The notes under the pieces: generated by a model
Told to the model about the DNA's origin: nothing
Databases searched by the model: none
What the model saw: the letters and a program-made list of their open reading frames with translations, nothing else
Virus record (IMG/VR): IMGVR_UViG_3300037584_004179
Location: 1-33,942 of that record
Length of the DNA: 33,942 nucleotides
Direction: 5' to 3' (one strand)
Origin: a virus
Lineage: Duplodnaviria > Caudoviricetes
Made by a program: the position numbers and the translations under genes
Shown: piece by piece, positions 16,071 to 26,142 of the stretch
Position numbering within the stretch: the first letter of the stretch is position 1
Layout: every line of letters begins with the position of its first letter

Positions 16071-17577
16071 TTTCTGTATCTTTAGTCTTTGGTTTTAAAG
16101 CCTGATGGTTTACAAACTCTGGCATTTCTACATTCCATACATTTTTCTCACCCTCGTGGTAATCTTTTCTCTCACAACCAAGTAATCTAAGGGCATCAGC
16201 TGTTGTGTTAAATACTTTTGTAGCATTTTTTTTTATAAATTTATCTAATGTTAGTCTCTTAAAATAACACACATTGGACTTACTATCTAATACTACATAA
16301 CCATCTTTAAGTTTATCAAACTTGTCTTGTTCTATATGTGATTCGAAGAAATCTTTAAGTAAAGAATAGCGCTCTTCTTCAAGTGTATCCGCATAGATAT
16401 GTTCCTGACTTTCTTCAGCTTGATCTACAATACCTTTCATCAAGAGTTCAAAAGGACTAGGACCTTTTCTAGGTTTAGGTAAAGTTAGCCAATAGACTCT
16501 ATGTCTTAATAGTTTGACTCTAAAAGATTTTTCATCTTTCATATCCTCAGGAGTTACAGATATGTGCTGACCTTTATAATCAAATTCATACCAAATACTT
16601 TTTGTATCTTGTATATATTTTATATTCTCAAACTGATCAATAATCTCTGGAACTGCTTCGCCAATCCCCAAACTTCTTGTTTTACATAAATCTTTATTAC
16701 AAATAGGCTGATACTCAGGATGTTTTGGTGGACATTGAAATTGATAACCACCTTTTGATACAGACTTTGCCAAAGCAATTACTTCAGACGTAGGTAAAGG
16801 TTTTGTAAATATCTGTGTGTTTCTAGCTATGGCTATTTGTTCAAGTTGTTGAACTGACAAAGATGGATCTTTTTTAGATTCCAAAACTAAAACATTGAAT
16901 AAAAAATTATTGCGGTTGGACCCACTCCAACCTTCTTGTATTAGTTTTTGCACACAAGGTGGATAGCTGCTCCACTGCGATTCAGCTTCATATTCTTTTA
17001 CTTTCAAACCATAAAAGTCCTGTGGAGCTAACATTTTTTCCATCGCCAGCTCAATAAATCTACCAATCATAATGGGTGTGTTGTTGTCATCAAAAGCAAA
17101 TTCCATAGATGCATTTACATTATGATAGGGCATATTGACTGCCTTATTACACGGAAATATTTCTTGAGCTAAAAAATATTGTTGATTTATCTCACCAAGT
17201 TTTTTCACTACTTTATCAACTTCAGCGAAATCACTAAAGAATACAAATATGTGTAATCCACCAGATTTAGACTTTACTGGTACAAAAGGTAGTTTGTATT
17301 TTTTAATAATTTCTACATACTTTTTTTCCGAATAATCTTTATAATTATTTGGATCTACATCAATACAACCCCATTTACATTGACCATCTATCTCAGGTTT
17401 TAGACCAACTCTAAGTTTGCCTTCAAGATGTTGTTTCCATATGGCGCTGGTCACTGGTTCGTGTATCGTGATATATTCAGCAGACTTCTTGCCTCTCTCG
17501 TCGTCCTCTCCCGTAAGAGAGGACTTAAGATAACGAGTGTTGTCACCTTCAAAAAGTTTAAATAGTTTTTCTTCCAT
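15997..17577 (-). CDS. AEP-superfamily primase(-polymerase) with PriCT-like domain
   Basis: WGCIDVD, SKSGGLH, PPC..RNNFLFN; no P-loop seen. Confidence 0.8.
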   Translation of the reverse strand: MEEKLFKLFEGDNTRYLKSSLTGEDDERGKKSAEYITIHEPVTSAIWKQHLEGKLRVGLKPEIDGQCKWGCIDVDPNNYKDYSEKKYVEIIKKYKLPFVPVKSKSGGLHIFVFFSDFAEVDKVVKKLGEINQQYFLAQEIFPCNKAVNMPYHNVNASMEFAFDDNNTPIMIGRFIELAMEKMLAPQDFYGLKVKEYEAESQWSSYPPCVQKLIQEGWSGSNRNNFLFNVLVLESKKDPSLSVQQLEQIAIARNTQIFTKPLPTSEVIALAKSVSKGGYQFQCPPKHPEYQPICNKDLCKTRSLGIGEAVPEIIDQFENIKYIQDTKSIWYEFDYKGQHISVTPEDMKDEKSFRVKLLRHRVYWLTLPKPRKGPSPFELLMKGIVDQAEESQEHIYADTLEEERYSLLKDFFESHIEQDKFDKLKDGYVVLDSKSNVCYFKRLTLDKFIKKNATKVFNTTADALRLLGCERKDYHEGEKNVWNVEMPEFVNHQALKPKTKDTESEMDDSYHNKFRPAQAQADTQKDS

Positions 17578-18377
17578 TAGAAGGGCACATCTCCACTTTC
17601 TTTAGGCTTTGTTTCATTCATAGCATTTTCTTGACCGAAATCCACTTTACCAAAAATTTCAGAAGACTTAGCACCTTCGTAAAAATCTTTAGTTACTTGT
17701 AAAGTTTTTTCATAATCAGCTATGATTTTATCAAACTCACAGACCCAACCATACCAAGAGTTTTGTGAATTAGACTCTTTTGTAGTAGTTAGTTTGTAAG
17801 CTGTTGCCCAAGAAGGTGGACAGAAAAAACCATTTTTACCTTTCATTCTTCTTGATTGAATCATAGAATTCCATAGTTTTGATTTTTTCTTTTGAGTAGA
17901 TTTCATAGTAATTAAAGCACTTTCAACAGGCTCATAATCTTTGTTAAGTATGTAAACAAAATGATTACCTGTGTCTTCGATATAATTACCATTTTCTAAT
18001 CTATCTTTGCCATCATCACCACGTGACGTTTGTCTTAAAATGGATGGATCAGTATGTATAGCAATGGGACGTCCCGGAGAATCACCCCTGTCTTTCCACT
18101 CATTAAAGGTATTTATATATAAACATGGAACAACAATTACTCCATCTTTACCTTTATATAAGGACCCTGTGATTTCATTATAGATATCACCTTGTCTTGC
18201 TTTTTCATTAAACTTACCATCACTTTCATCTAGTACTGGTGAGTTAGAATAAAGAATTTTAAGAATAGGCAGCTTAGTATCACGAGCTGTGATATTTTCA
18301 GCACCTTGTCCTGCAAATTCTTCAAGAGCAGATACAGATTGTACTGCGTTTTCTTTTTTCGTTGCGACTTGGTTCAT
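17577..18377 (-). CDS. Putative single-stranded DNA-binding protein
   Basis: Position in the replication module and acidic C-terminus ending DVPF. Confidence 0.65.
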   Translation of the reverse strand: MNQVATKKENAVQSVSALEEFAGQGAENITARDTKLPILKILYSNSPVLDESDGKFNEKARQGDIYNEITGSLYKGKDGVIVVPCLYINTFNEWKDRGDSPGRPIAIHTDPSILRQTSRGDDGKDRLENGNYIEDTGNHFVYILNKDYEPVESALITMKSTQKKKSKLWNSMIQSRRMKGKNGFFCPPSWATAYKLTTTKESNSQNSWYGWVCEFDKIIADYEKTLQVTKDFYEGAKSSEIFGKVDFGQENAMNETKPKESGDVPF

Positions 18378-18379
18378 AA

Positions 18380-18925
18380 TTATTTTTCTCCTTTTATGTT
18401 AGTCTTGTTAGCAACATATACTCCAAAAAGATCCATAGGAATATTATGACCATTTTCAATTTGCTCTCTGACAAATGCTTTTAAAGTCATAGATTCTACT
18501 TTTTCTTTTTGAACTACATTATGTCCTGCTTCTTTTAGATCGTGAAAGACACTCCGAGCGGCATTGTCCTCAGACTTTCCAAAAGTTACAGTAACATTGT
18601 TTTTAATAATATCCCCATATCCATTATCACGAAGCCAAGTATAGGCTTCATCTTGTTTAGATACAGGAATTTTTGCAGCATATTGTGGCTTTACCTCAAC
18701 AGATGATCCATCTGCTAATTTAAGCATAGATACGCCAGCTTGTTGCATTAAGTTTGGGATTTCTTGTTCAGAAAGCAAACGTGCTTCGGTTTGAAGGCTT
18801 TTTAAATGTTCTTCACACTTTGACATTTGTTCCTGAAGTCCCAATAACTTATTGCAAGATTGCGCGATGTCTTTAGTGACATCTGTGTCTACCTTGATGC
18901 GGGTAGATTCTGCTTCTAAGTCCAT
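18380..18925 (-). CDS. Conserved phage replication-module protein (181 aa)
   Basis: Coiled-coil N-terminus and WLRDNGYGDIIK..TLKAFVRE pattern; AAAGGAG SD. Confidence 0.8.
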   Translation of the reverse strand: MDLEAESTRIKVDTDVTKDIAQSCNKLLGLQEQMSKCEEHLKSLQTEARLLSEQEIPNLMQQAGVSMLKLADGSSVEVKPQYAAKIPVSKQDEAYTWLRDNGYGDIIKNNVTVTFGKSEDNAARSVFHDLKEAGHNVVQKEKVESMTLKAFVREQIENGHNIPMDLFGVYVANKTNIKGEK

Positions 18926-18945
18926 AAGAACTCCTTTCCAATATA

Positions 18946-18991
18946 TGTTTAAAATTTATTGATTGACTTGTCAACAAATATTTAATATAAA
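18946..18991. promoter_or_regulatory. Divergent promoters with adjacent -35 boxes
   Basis: Plus strand: TTGACT(18963)-17-TATAAA(18986). Minus strand: TTGACA(18974-18969)-17-TAAACA. Confidence 0.55.
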
Positions 18992-19002
18992 CTTATAGAT
19001 AT

Positions 19003-20409
19003 ATGGGATATGACTACAAAACCAAACCTTTTGAGCATCAAAGACAAGCGTTAATTGAAGGCGCAGAAAAATTTAATTACGCATATTTTATGGAAATGGG
19101 TACTGGCAAAACAAAAGTCAGTATAGATAATGCTGCTTATTTGTATCAACAAGAAAAGATAAATGTGGTCTTGGTAGTGGCACCAAATTCGGTTTATCGG
19201 AATTGGGTGGACGAAATAAACACTCATTGTCCTGTCGACACAGAAATTCGCATCCATAAATTAGACAAAAAATTTGCAAGGCTATCCCAAAAATTAACAT
19301 TCTTTTTAATAAATATAGAAGCATTTTCTCGTAAATCTGGTGAAAAGGTTGTCACTGATATTATAAACGAATATGCAGATACTGCAATGGTCATCGTTGA
19401 TGAAGCGACCACCATAAAAAATAGACAAGCAAAAAGAACAAAAACAATAACTAAATTATGTAAACCAATAAAATATAAAAGAATACTAACAGGTTCACCT
19501 GTAACCAAATCACCACTCGATTTATTTAGCCAATGTGGTTTTCTTAACCCAGAATTGTTGGGTATAACAAATTATTATGCTTTTAGGTCTCGTTATTGTG
19601 TGATGAAAACTATTGGTTTGGGTTCAACAGGTAGACAATTTAGCTTACCTTTGTATTTTACTAACCTTGATGAATTAGAAAAAAAACTTAAAACTTTTTC
19701 ATTTCGAGTAAAAAAACAAGATTGTCTAGATTTACCAGATAAAGTATATGAAAAAAGATATGTTGATATGACAGGTGACCAGCTTAAAGTTTATACTCAA
19801 CTTAAAATGTTTGCCCGTGCTGTGCTTGAGGATAAAGAAGCCAGCTACACAAACAAATTAACAGAGATAATTAAATTACATCAAGTTTGTTGTGGTTATA
19901 TGGTCACAGATGAAGGTGTAAAGCAAAATTTAGAAGACCCAAAACTTGATGAACTGCTCAGAATTCTTGAAGAAACTGATGGTAAAGTAATTATTTGGGC
20001 AAATTATGTTCATAATATTGAGACTATAATCAAAACACTACAGGATAAATTTGGATCAATGTCAGTTGTATCTATTTATGGTAGCATTCCTGTGGAGGCA
20101 AGAACTTCAGCTGTAAAAAACTTTCAGGAAAATAAACATGTTCGTTTTTTTGTAGGCAATCCAACAACAGGTGGGTATGGTCTAAATCTAACAAAAGCTA
20201 GTACAGTGATTTATTATAGCAATAATTATGATTTAGAGGTAAGACAACAGTCAGAAGATAGAGCACATAGGATAGGTCAAAACAATAAAGTAACGTATAT
20301 AGATATTTTAGCTAGATCAACTATTGACGAGTTTATTATTAAAGCATTAAACAAAAAATTTAAAATAAGTGCTCAAACATTAGGTGAAGAAGTATTAGAA
20401 TATTTGTAG
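19003..20409 (+). CDS. SNF2-like superfamily 2 helicase
   Basis: MEMGTGKT, VDEAT, LTGSP, GGYGLNLT and QSEDRAHRIGQ. Confidence 0.93.
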   Translation: MGYDYKTKPFEHQRQALIEGAEKFNYAYFMEMGTGKTKVSIDNAAYLYQQEKINVVLVVAPNSVYRNWVDEINTHCPVDTEIRIHKLDKKFARLSQKLTFFLINIEAFSRKSGEKVVTDIINEYADTAMVIVDEATTIKNRQAKRTKTITKLCKPIKYKRILTGSPVTKSPLDLFSQCGFLNPELLGITNYYAFRSRYCVMKTIGLGSTGRQFSLPLYFTNLDELEKKLKTFSFRVKKQDCLDLPDKVYEKRYVDMTGDQLKVYTQLKMFARAVLEDKEASYTNKLTEIIKLHQVCCGYMVTDEGVKQNLEDPKLDELLRILEETDGKVIIWANYVHNIETIIKTLQDKFGSMSVVSIYGSIPVEARTSAVKNFQENKHVRFFVGNPTTGGYGLNLTKASTVIYYSNNYDLEVRQQSEDRAHRIGQNNKVTYIDILARSTIDEFIIKALNKKFKISAQTLGEEVLEYL

Positions 20410-21104
20410 AACTTTTCTACCCTGGCCATCCATTTGTCTTCATACTCAGATAACATATTTGCATTCATCTTAAACTGTTGATATTGCAAGTCTTTTGTGC
20501 ATATACAAATTAAACCTTGTTCGATAGGACCAAAATTTAGTTTATGCGCTAAAGAATATGCAGCTATCTGATAATAATAGTCTTCAATCCATTCCTCTCT
20601 TTTTGGTTTGTTAGCTTGCTTAAAATCTACTATCGTAGATTTATCATCATATACACCAACTACATCTGTCATTCCTGCCCATCTATCTTTGTAAAATAAA
20701 CTTACTTCTGTGCCATATACCTGACTAAATCGGTCAAGATTAGAAACTATCGTATGTGCCATCATACGAGGTAAAGCACCATCTTTTGATAGGTTAATAT
20801 ATCCTATTCCGTTTAAATATTGCTCTAACACATAATGCATTTCTGTGCCTCTTTTAGATGCTTGGGCCGTGATCCGTGCAGCTTCTTGATATCCTACACG
20901 TTCTCTCCATGCATCTAGCGATCTTCTTTTTTCTTCACTTTGTGTTTTATTTAGAATAGTTGTAACTGAAGGAATTTTTTTTTCACCTACGTTATAGGTT
21001 CTACCGGACTCTTCATCATTTCTGGAATATTCTTTGTAGCTGTACTTCTTGTTTATAATAAAGCCAGATACTTCAAACTCTTTATTCTTCTTCGTTATCT
21101 GCAT
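20373..21104 (-). CDS. PD-(D/E)XK exonuclease (lambda-exonuclease/Cas4-like)
   Basis: PSVTTIL, RGTEMH, E..AGMTD..VDFKQ, YQIAAY; the start MQITKK at 21104 is preferred. Confidence 0.85.
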   Translation of the reverse strand: MQITKKNKEFEVSGFIINKKYSYKEYSRNDEESGRTYNVGEKKIPSVTTILNKTQSEEKRRSLDAWRERVGYQEAARITAQASKRGTEMHYVLEQYLNGIGYINLSKDGALPRMMAHTIVSNLDRFSQVYGTEVSLFYKDRWAGMTDVVGVYDDKSTIVDFKQANKPKREEWIEDYYYQIAAYSLAHKLNFGPIEQGLICICTKDLQYQQFKMNANMLSEYEDKWMARVEKFYKYSNTSSPNV

Positions 21105-21759
21105 ATAGATTATTAAAAGTAGTTTCCCAATCCATATAGCTATCATGTCCTTCAGCACTATGTGTCCATTGACTTGGTATAAAATCAGGAGCTCCTTTTC
21201 CTGTCACCCACATAGCTGGTGATGTAACTCTTACCCTATTATTAGGTAAAGCTACAATACAACCTTTCCAAGGACCACTTGTTAATTCCAAAACATGTGA
21301 TTGTTTATGCTGAGCAGGATCATCAGCTATTTCTGATCCAGTATAATCAACAGTAAAATAATATTTGCCAGTATAAAACTCTCCATCTATTTTACATTGC
21401 CATGGACTACTCGATGTTCTATCAAATTTTATTACCTCAAAGTTCCGTGCTGAACAATCCCATGGTTGTGCCAGATGAGTTTGAAGGGGAGGAGGAAAAG
21501 TATCCAAAGGTTCATCTGCCACAAGAGCCGTGATAGGCATTCGTGCCCACATTGCTCCACCATGGGGATTCTCAAGTCTATTCTCTTCGTCTTCACAGCC
21601 TGTGAAAATGACTTGAAAACTTAAACATCTATCAGGAATACTCGTAACAGCACATGCAAGTGCGTGAATGTACTCGCCCTGATATTTTCTGTGATTGTGT
21701 GTAAATTCTTTTCTTACCCAAACCTTAAAATAGGGTATGTTCTTAATAAGATATGCCAT
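21082..21759 (-). CDS. Conserved marine-phage hypothetical protein (225 aa)
   Basis: NIP..WVRKEF..GAMWARMPITA..QPWDC..QHKQSH..LPNNRVR; function unknown. Confidence 0.8.
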   Translation of the reverse strand: MAYLIKNIPYFKVWVRKEFTHNHRKYQGEYIHALACAVTSIPDRCLSFQVIFTGCEDEENRLENPHGGAMWARMPITALVADEPLDTFPPPLQTHLAQPWDCSARNFEVIKFDRTSSSPWQCKIDGEFYTGKYYFTVDYTGSEIADDPAQHKQSHVLELTSGPWKGCIVALPNNRVRVTSPAMWVTGKGAPDFIPSQWTHSAEGHDSYMDWETTFNNLYADNEEE

Positions 21760-21793
21760 ACCCCATAATAAGTATTACTAGCCGTAAAGCAAG

Positions 21794-22156
21794 TTATTTT
21801 TTTTTCATTAACATGTTAGCAGCTTTACGCACATCTGCTGTTGTAAGTCTAGCACCCACCCCAGCACTTTCTAAAGCCTTCATAAATGTTGCTCTTGTGA
21901 ATGATGCTTGGTTTGATGCTTTTTGTGCTTGCTTACCACTATTCTTCATAAAAGTAGCCGTGCCTTTTGACGCTTTCATCATTTTGGCTCCACCTTTGGC
22001 GTAACCTTTAGACTTCATCATTTTTCCGCCCATAGCTTTCATCATTTTGGCTCCACCTTTAGCATAGCCTTTTGATTTCATCATTCGACCGCTTTTGGCT
22101 TTCATCATTTTGGCTCCACCTTTAGAGTAGCCTTTTGATTTCATACCTCTTTTCAT
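21794..22156 (-). CDS. Small very basic repeat protein (120 aa), putative virion core / DNA-binding
   Basis: Three 21-aa repeats containing MKSKGY(A/S)KGGAKMMKA; AAGGAG SD; upstream TTTACT-17-TAGAAT. Confidence 0.8.
   Translation of the reverse strand: MKRGMKSKGYSKGGAKMMKAKSGRMMKSKGYAKGGAKMMKAMGGKMMKSKGYAKGGAKMMKASKGTATFMKNSGKQAQKASNQASFTRATFMKALESAGVGARLTTADVRKAANMLMKKK
21972..22146. repeat. 63-bp tandem repeat, about 3 copies
   Basis: GCTTTCATCATTTTGGCTCCACCTTT starts at 21972, 22035 and 22098. Confidence 0.9.
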
Positions 22157-22290
22157 TATTATCTCCTTATAAGGTTTATTAGTTAACTAGTGATATTCTA
22201 ATGCTTTTTCGTCAGGTAGTAAAGGTCATCTTGCATAAAAGATACGCGCTGACGGCTCTTAAAATTGGTCGTTTTTTCCCTGATTTCAGC

Positions 22291-22722
22291 CTAATTTAGC
22301 ATCATTATTAAAAAAGCAATTAAACCGATTAAAGTTACTGCAAGTAATCCATAAGCACAATTTACCATACGTTTTTCTCTTTCTGCCTTACGTTTTGCCT
22401 CTGCCGCAACTTTCTTTTTTCTAATATCTGTTCGAATAGCTACAAATTCACTCCAAGCACCTGGTGATCCGTGCCAAGTAAATATTTCTCTTAATTGATT
22501 TTCCATGTCATGAACTTGTTTTAAACTAAAGTAGGTATGCAGAGCCTCTTCATTTGAAGACGTAAACCATTTACTTTTTTCTTTTTTGTGTTGCTCTTCC
22601 ACATCACTCATTTGTTTAACAAATTTAATGATATGACCAGAAAGGCTATTTAATTCCTTCCCGACTTCGATTCCAGATTTTATTGCCCCAAAAGCAGCTG
22701 TTGCGATAGTTATTGGATCCAT
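22291..22722 (-). CDS. Conserved phage protein with C-terminal transmembrane helix (143 aa)
   Basis: The start MDPITIATAAF at 22722 is preferred; hydrophobic C-terminus. Confidence 0.75.
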   Translation of the reverse strand: MDPITIATAAFGAIKSGIEVGKELNSLSGHIIKFVKQMSDVEEQHKKEKSKWFTSSNEEALHTYFSLKQVHDMENQLREIFTWHGSPGAWSEFVAIRTDIRKKKVAAEAKRKAEREKRMVNCAYGLLAVTLIGLIAFLIMMLN

Positions 22723-22931
22723 GCCACAAGTCCTATTATTGTAATGATTATAGTGAGCATACCACTCATTAACCAAAATAACAACTTGTCTACTTTTTCA
22801 CCAAGCTTATCAATATCTTCGTGAATGTGTGCTAGATGATTCTCTTTAATTGTTCTTACATCTTTTTTTACACCTTCAATGTGCCCATACAAAGATATAA
22901 TATGTTCTTTAGTTGTTCTTGGTTCAGGCAT
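22710..22931 (-). CDS. Small coiled-coil protein with C-terminal TM (XhlA/holin-like architecture)
   Basis: ENHLAHIHEDIDKL followed by a single TM segment. Confidence 0.65.
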   Translation of the reverse strand: MPEPRTTKEHIISLYGHIEGVKKDVRTIKENHLAHIHEDIDKLGEKVDKLLFWLMSGMLTIIITIIGLVAWIQ

Positions 22932-25900
22932 TTCTTTGTCCTTGTTGACTTAACATTTGTAAAGTAGGATCGTTTGGAAATAAAGATGCAAACAAGCCTT
23001 GTCTTTGTATACCTGTTGCAGCTGGCTGCTGAGGCGTGGTCATTTCTTCTTGTCTTGGTGCACTAGGAGCACTTTGTGCAAGTTGCATAGCTTGAGGATT
23101 TCTGATCATCGCATCTAGATTAACATTTCTCATAGCACTTTCGTTATCAGCATCACGCACTGCATCTGTGAATGCTCTTGCTTTGATACCACCAGCAAGT
23201 ATTTCATCATACTTTGCTCTATCTTCTAAAGATGAATTTTGATAAAGGTGCACATCAGGAAACATTTTTTTAATTTGATTTGGTGGCAGATCAGACATTT
23301 TCATAGCTGTATTAGGAACCATGGTTCTTATTTGGTTGGAAAGATAATCTCTTATTTGTTCTGCTGTCATAGTATCAGGGTCTATAGGAACTTCATCTTC
23401 TGAACTTTTAAAATAATTTAATAAAATACCTAATGATCTTCTTTTTGATGGTGATAAATATTTTCCGAGCGGTTGAAGGGGATCAATAAAAGGAAAATCT
23501 TTAAAAGACCCTTTACCGACTTTTGCTAATCTTTCATCAGGTGTGTAAACATCTAGTAAAGCTTTCATAAATCTAGGATTTGACACTAAACCACCAACAC
23601 CTCTTAATAATAAAGGAGTCAAGATTAGACCCATAAAACCAACTCCTAGACCGCCTGTAAAAGCACCTATGGTACCAGCTGTTAAGGATAAACCTGTCAA
23701 TCCAATTCTTCGAGTAAGGAATCGGCTACTCTCACCAATAGACTGAGAATTAAATCTTTCTACAACATCTAAAAAGTCTTCTAAATCTTTTAATTGTTTT
23801 GCCCCCTTTTCACCCGTGCCAAACAATATTTGTAGTTTTTCTCTACCTGCTTGGTTTACACTGCCGTCAGCATTAGTTAAACCTAAATTTTTTCTTAAAA
23901 CATCCATACCTTGAAATTCACCTAAACCCTCTGGTGTTAGATTTACCTCTATTTGTTCTTTAGTAATTCTTTCTACATTATTTGCCATAGTCTTTTCAGC
24001 TTGAATTTTTTTAAGTTTTGCAATGTCAGCTGTTCCTGCAGCATCTAATACTTCGTCAGCAAACACACCCCGTGCCATACCTTTTTCCTGTAGATCTTTA
24101 AACAGCTCCATGTTTCTAGCTAAAGTTTCATCAGGCTGTTTAGCAAAAGATTTAAAAAATGCATCGTATACAAAACGTGAAGTAAGTTTGTTCATAAAGT
24201 TTTCACCAACTTTTATTTGCTTATCAACAACTTTGCCATCAGGTAAAGTTTCTTTTACTGTCCGAGTAAAACCTTTATCCGTAGCTCCTACCAAAAATCT
24301 AAGTTCGTTTAAAGCTTCAGGAGATCCATCTTTTAAAATACCTGTAATTACAGAGTCAAACATTTTACTCGGTACTTGTTTTGCATCTCCCATAACACCT
24401 AATTCAGATTTAGCTGAAAAAAGATAGTCACCAAATTTTTTTAATTCTTTAGCTGTCATACCTTCAAAAGGTGATGTAATAGCAGAATACATATGAAACT
24501 TATTGACTAACTCTTTACCAAAAACATCTAAATTATTAGCTGAATCTTCCATAAATTTATTTTTTTCAGCAGCGTTTGCAAATGATTTTCCAGCAAAATC
24601 TGGACTTTTTTCTAATATTTTTTGTTGAACGTCTTTTTGTCCTACTGAGGCAAAATCTTGTTCTAAAGATCTTCTAAGTCCTGTAGCTGCCTGCAATATT
24701 GATCTATTGTTAGGTGACATCTTCACAGACTTATTTATATCTTTTTTAAGTTGTAAGTATTCTTTAGGTGTAAGAAAAAATTTATCATCAAATATACCTT
24801 GATCTGCAAATTTTAAGAACAAAGCATTGACAGGATCATTTTTAGCTACCATTTTAAAAAGTCTTTTATCTTCATCTAAACCTAATTTACCAATTTCATA
24901 ATTTTTTAAATCGCCCATATATTCTTGAGCCATTTCTCTTAACTTAGTGGTTGGTATCATTCTTGGATTACCCATAGCATCAGCTTCATTTTTAAGTTGT
25001 TTAAAACCTTCATCAATCAAGTTCATATACTGTATGTAATTGTTATCTATTACATCTAAAGCCTCATATCCTAAGATGCGAGCTGTGGTCACAGGTGCAA
25101 AGTTTTCTGCAAACTCAAACATAGCTTCACCAACTTTTTTTTCTTGTGGTGCTCTTTGTTTTTTACCAACCACTGCAACACCTGGCATGATACCAAGAGT
25201 TTCAAAAAACGTTTTTATAAAATTACCAAAAATACCACCCTCTTTTGCAGCTTGACCTAAATTTAAATTAATCCCATATTTTTTTGCTAACTCAGCAATT
25301 TCTTTTGATTCTGGTGTACCTGTTGATGTAAGTTTCTTTGAAAAAGCTTTAGCTGTAATACCTGCCATTTCAGCAAAAGCGTTCATACCACCTGCCCACA
25401 TTAAAGAATTTTTAGCTGCCTCCATTGCATTTGCTAGTGTTCTTTGTACTGGAGGTAATTTATCTTTTTCATTCTCAGCCACATCAGCTAGATCATATTG
25501 AACACCAACTGCAAAATCTTTTTGTAAATTATTTACTGTGTCAAAAGCAGTAGAACCTGCAGCTGCGCCTAAAGCTCCACCAGTAATAGATTTTAATTCT
25601 GTCTTTGTAGCTTGTGTTGCTCCATATCTTAAAAAATCATCAGTTTTTCTTGCTGCATTTCCTAATGTGCCTACAGTTCTAGCAAACATTTTTCCTAACA
25701 TTCCAAAACGTTTTACCATAGGTATTTTGTTTAATTTAGCCGCTAAGTCAGCTGTTTTATTTACAAAACCATTTCTATAATTTACACCCATTTGTCTACT
25801 TGTTTCTGGATTAAATGCATTAATAAGCTTTTGCCTATCCATGATATAGGGTATGAAAGAGCCAGCAACATCTCCGAAAGTTTCGAAGCTAGCTTTTTCT

Positions 25901-26142
25901 GTCATTACTGTGCCAACACCAGGTATCGTGACACCAGGAACTGTTTCTTCTTCTTGCTGTATACCTTCAGCAATATCTTTTTGTGCAGATTGTTTTACGC
26001 TTTGATATTGATTTATACCAGAAAAATTTTGTAAAGCACCAGATTGAAAAGCTGAGTCTATCGCTATTAACTGTTCATCATTATATTGAGCAGGATCAAA
26101 CTCAAAATCGTCAAAAGATTTTTGTAACTCGTTTAGTTTCAC
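22924..26142 (-). CDS. Large putative internal virion (ejection) protein, 1072 aa
   Basis: Size, helical Ala/Gly-rich composition, hydrophobic patch near the C-terminus, last of three large coupled genes. Confidence 0.7.
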   Translation of the reverse strand: MKLNELQKSFDDFEFDPAQYNDEQLIAIDSAFQSGALQNFSGINQYQSVKQSAQKDIAEGIQQEEETVPGVTIPGVGTVMTEKASFETFGDVAGSFIPYIMDRQKLINAFNPETSRQMGVNYRNGFVNKTADLAAKLNKIPMVKRFGMLGKMFARTVGTLGNAARKTDDFLRYGATQATKTELKSITGGALGAAAGSTAFDTVNNLQKDFAVGVQYDLADVAENEKDKLPPVQRTLANAMEAAKNSLMWAGGMNAFAEMAGITAKAFSKKLTSTGTPESKEIAELAKKYGINLNLGQAAKEGGIFGNFIKTFFETLGIMPGVAVVGKKQRAPQEKKVGEAMFEFAENFAPVTTARILGYEALDVIDNNYIQYMNLIDEGFKQLKNEADAMGNPRMIPTTKLREMAQEYMGDLKNYEIGKLGLDEDKRLFKMVAKNDPVNALFLKFADQGIFDDKFFLTPKEYLQLKKDINKSVKMSPNNRSILQAATGLRRSLEQDFASVGQKDVQQKILEKSPDFAGKSFANAAEKNKFMEDSANNLDVFGKELVNKFHMYSAITSPFEGMTAKELKKFGDYLFSAKSELGVMGDAKQVPSKMFDSVITGILKDGSPEALNELRFLVGATDKGFTRTVKETLPDGKVVDKQIKVGENFMNKLTSRFVYDAFFKSFAKQPDETLARNMELFKDLQEKGMARGVFADEVLDAAGTADIAKLKKIQAEKTMANNVERITKEQIEVNLTPEGLGEFQGMDVLRKNLGLTNADGSVNQAGREKLQILFGTGEKGAKQLKDLEDFLDVVERFNSQSIGESSRFLTRRIGLTGLSLTAGTIGAFTGGLGVGFMGLILTPLLLRGVGGLVSNPRFMKALLDVYTPDERLAKVGKGSFKDFPFIDPLQPLGKYLSPSKRRSLGILLNYFKSSEDEVPIDPDTMTAEQIRDYLSNQIRTMVPNTAMKMSDLPPNQIKKMFPDVHLYQNSSLEDRAKYDEILAGGIKARAFTDAVRDADNESAMRNVNLDAMIRNPQAMQLAQSAPSAPRQEEMTTPQQPAATGIQRQGLFASLFPNDPTLQMLSQQGQRNA

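Noticed and set aside
20373-21104. Exonuclease as a CRISPR-associated Cas4
   Set aside because: No four-Cys cluster pattern and no CRISPR locus; it fits an ordinary phage recombination exonuclease.
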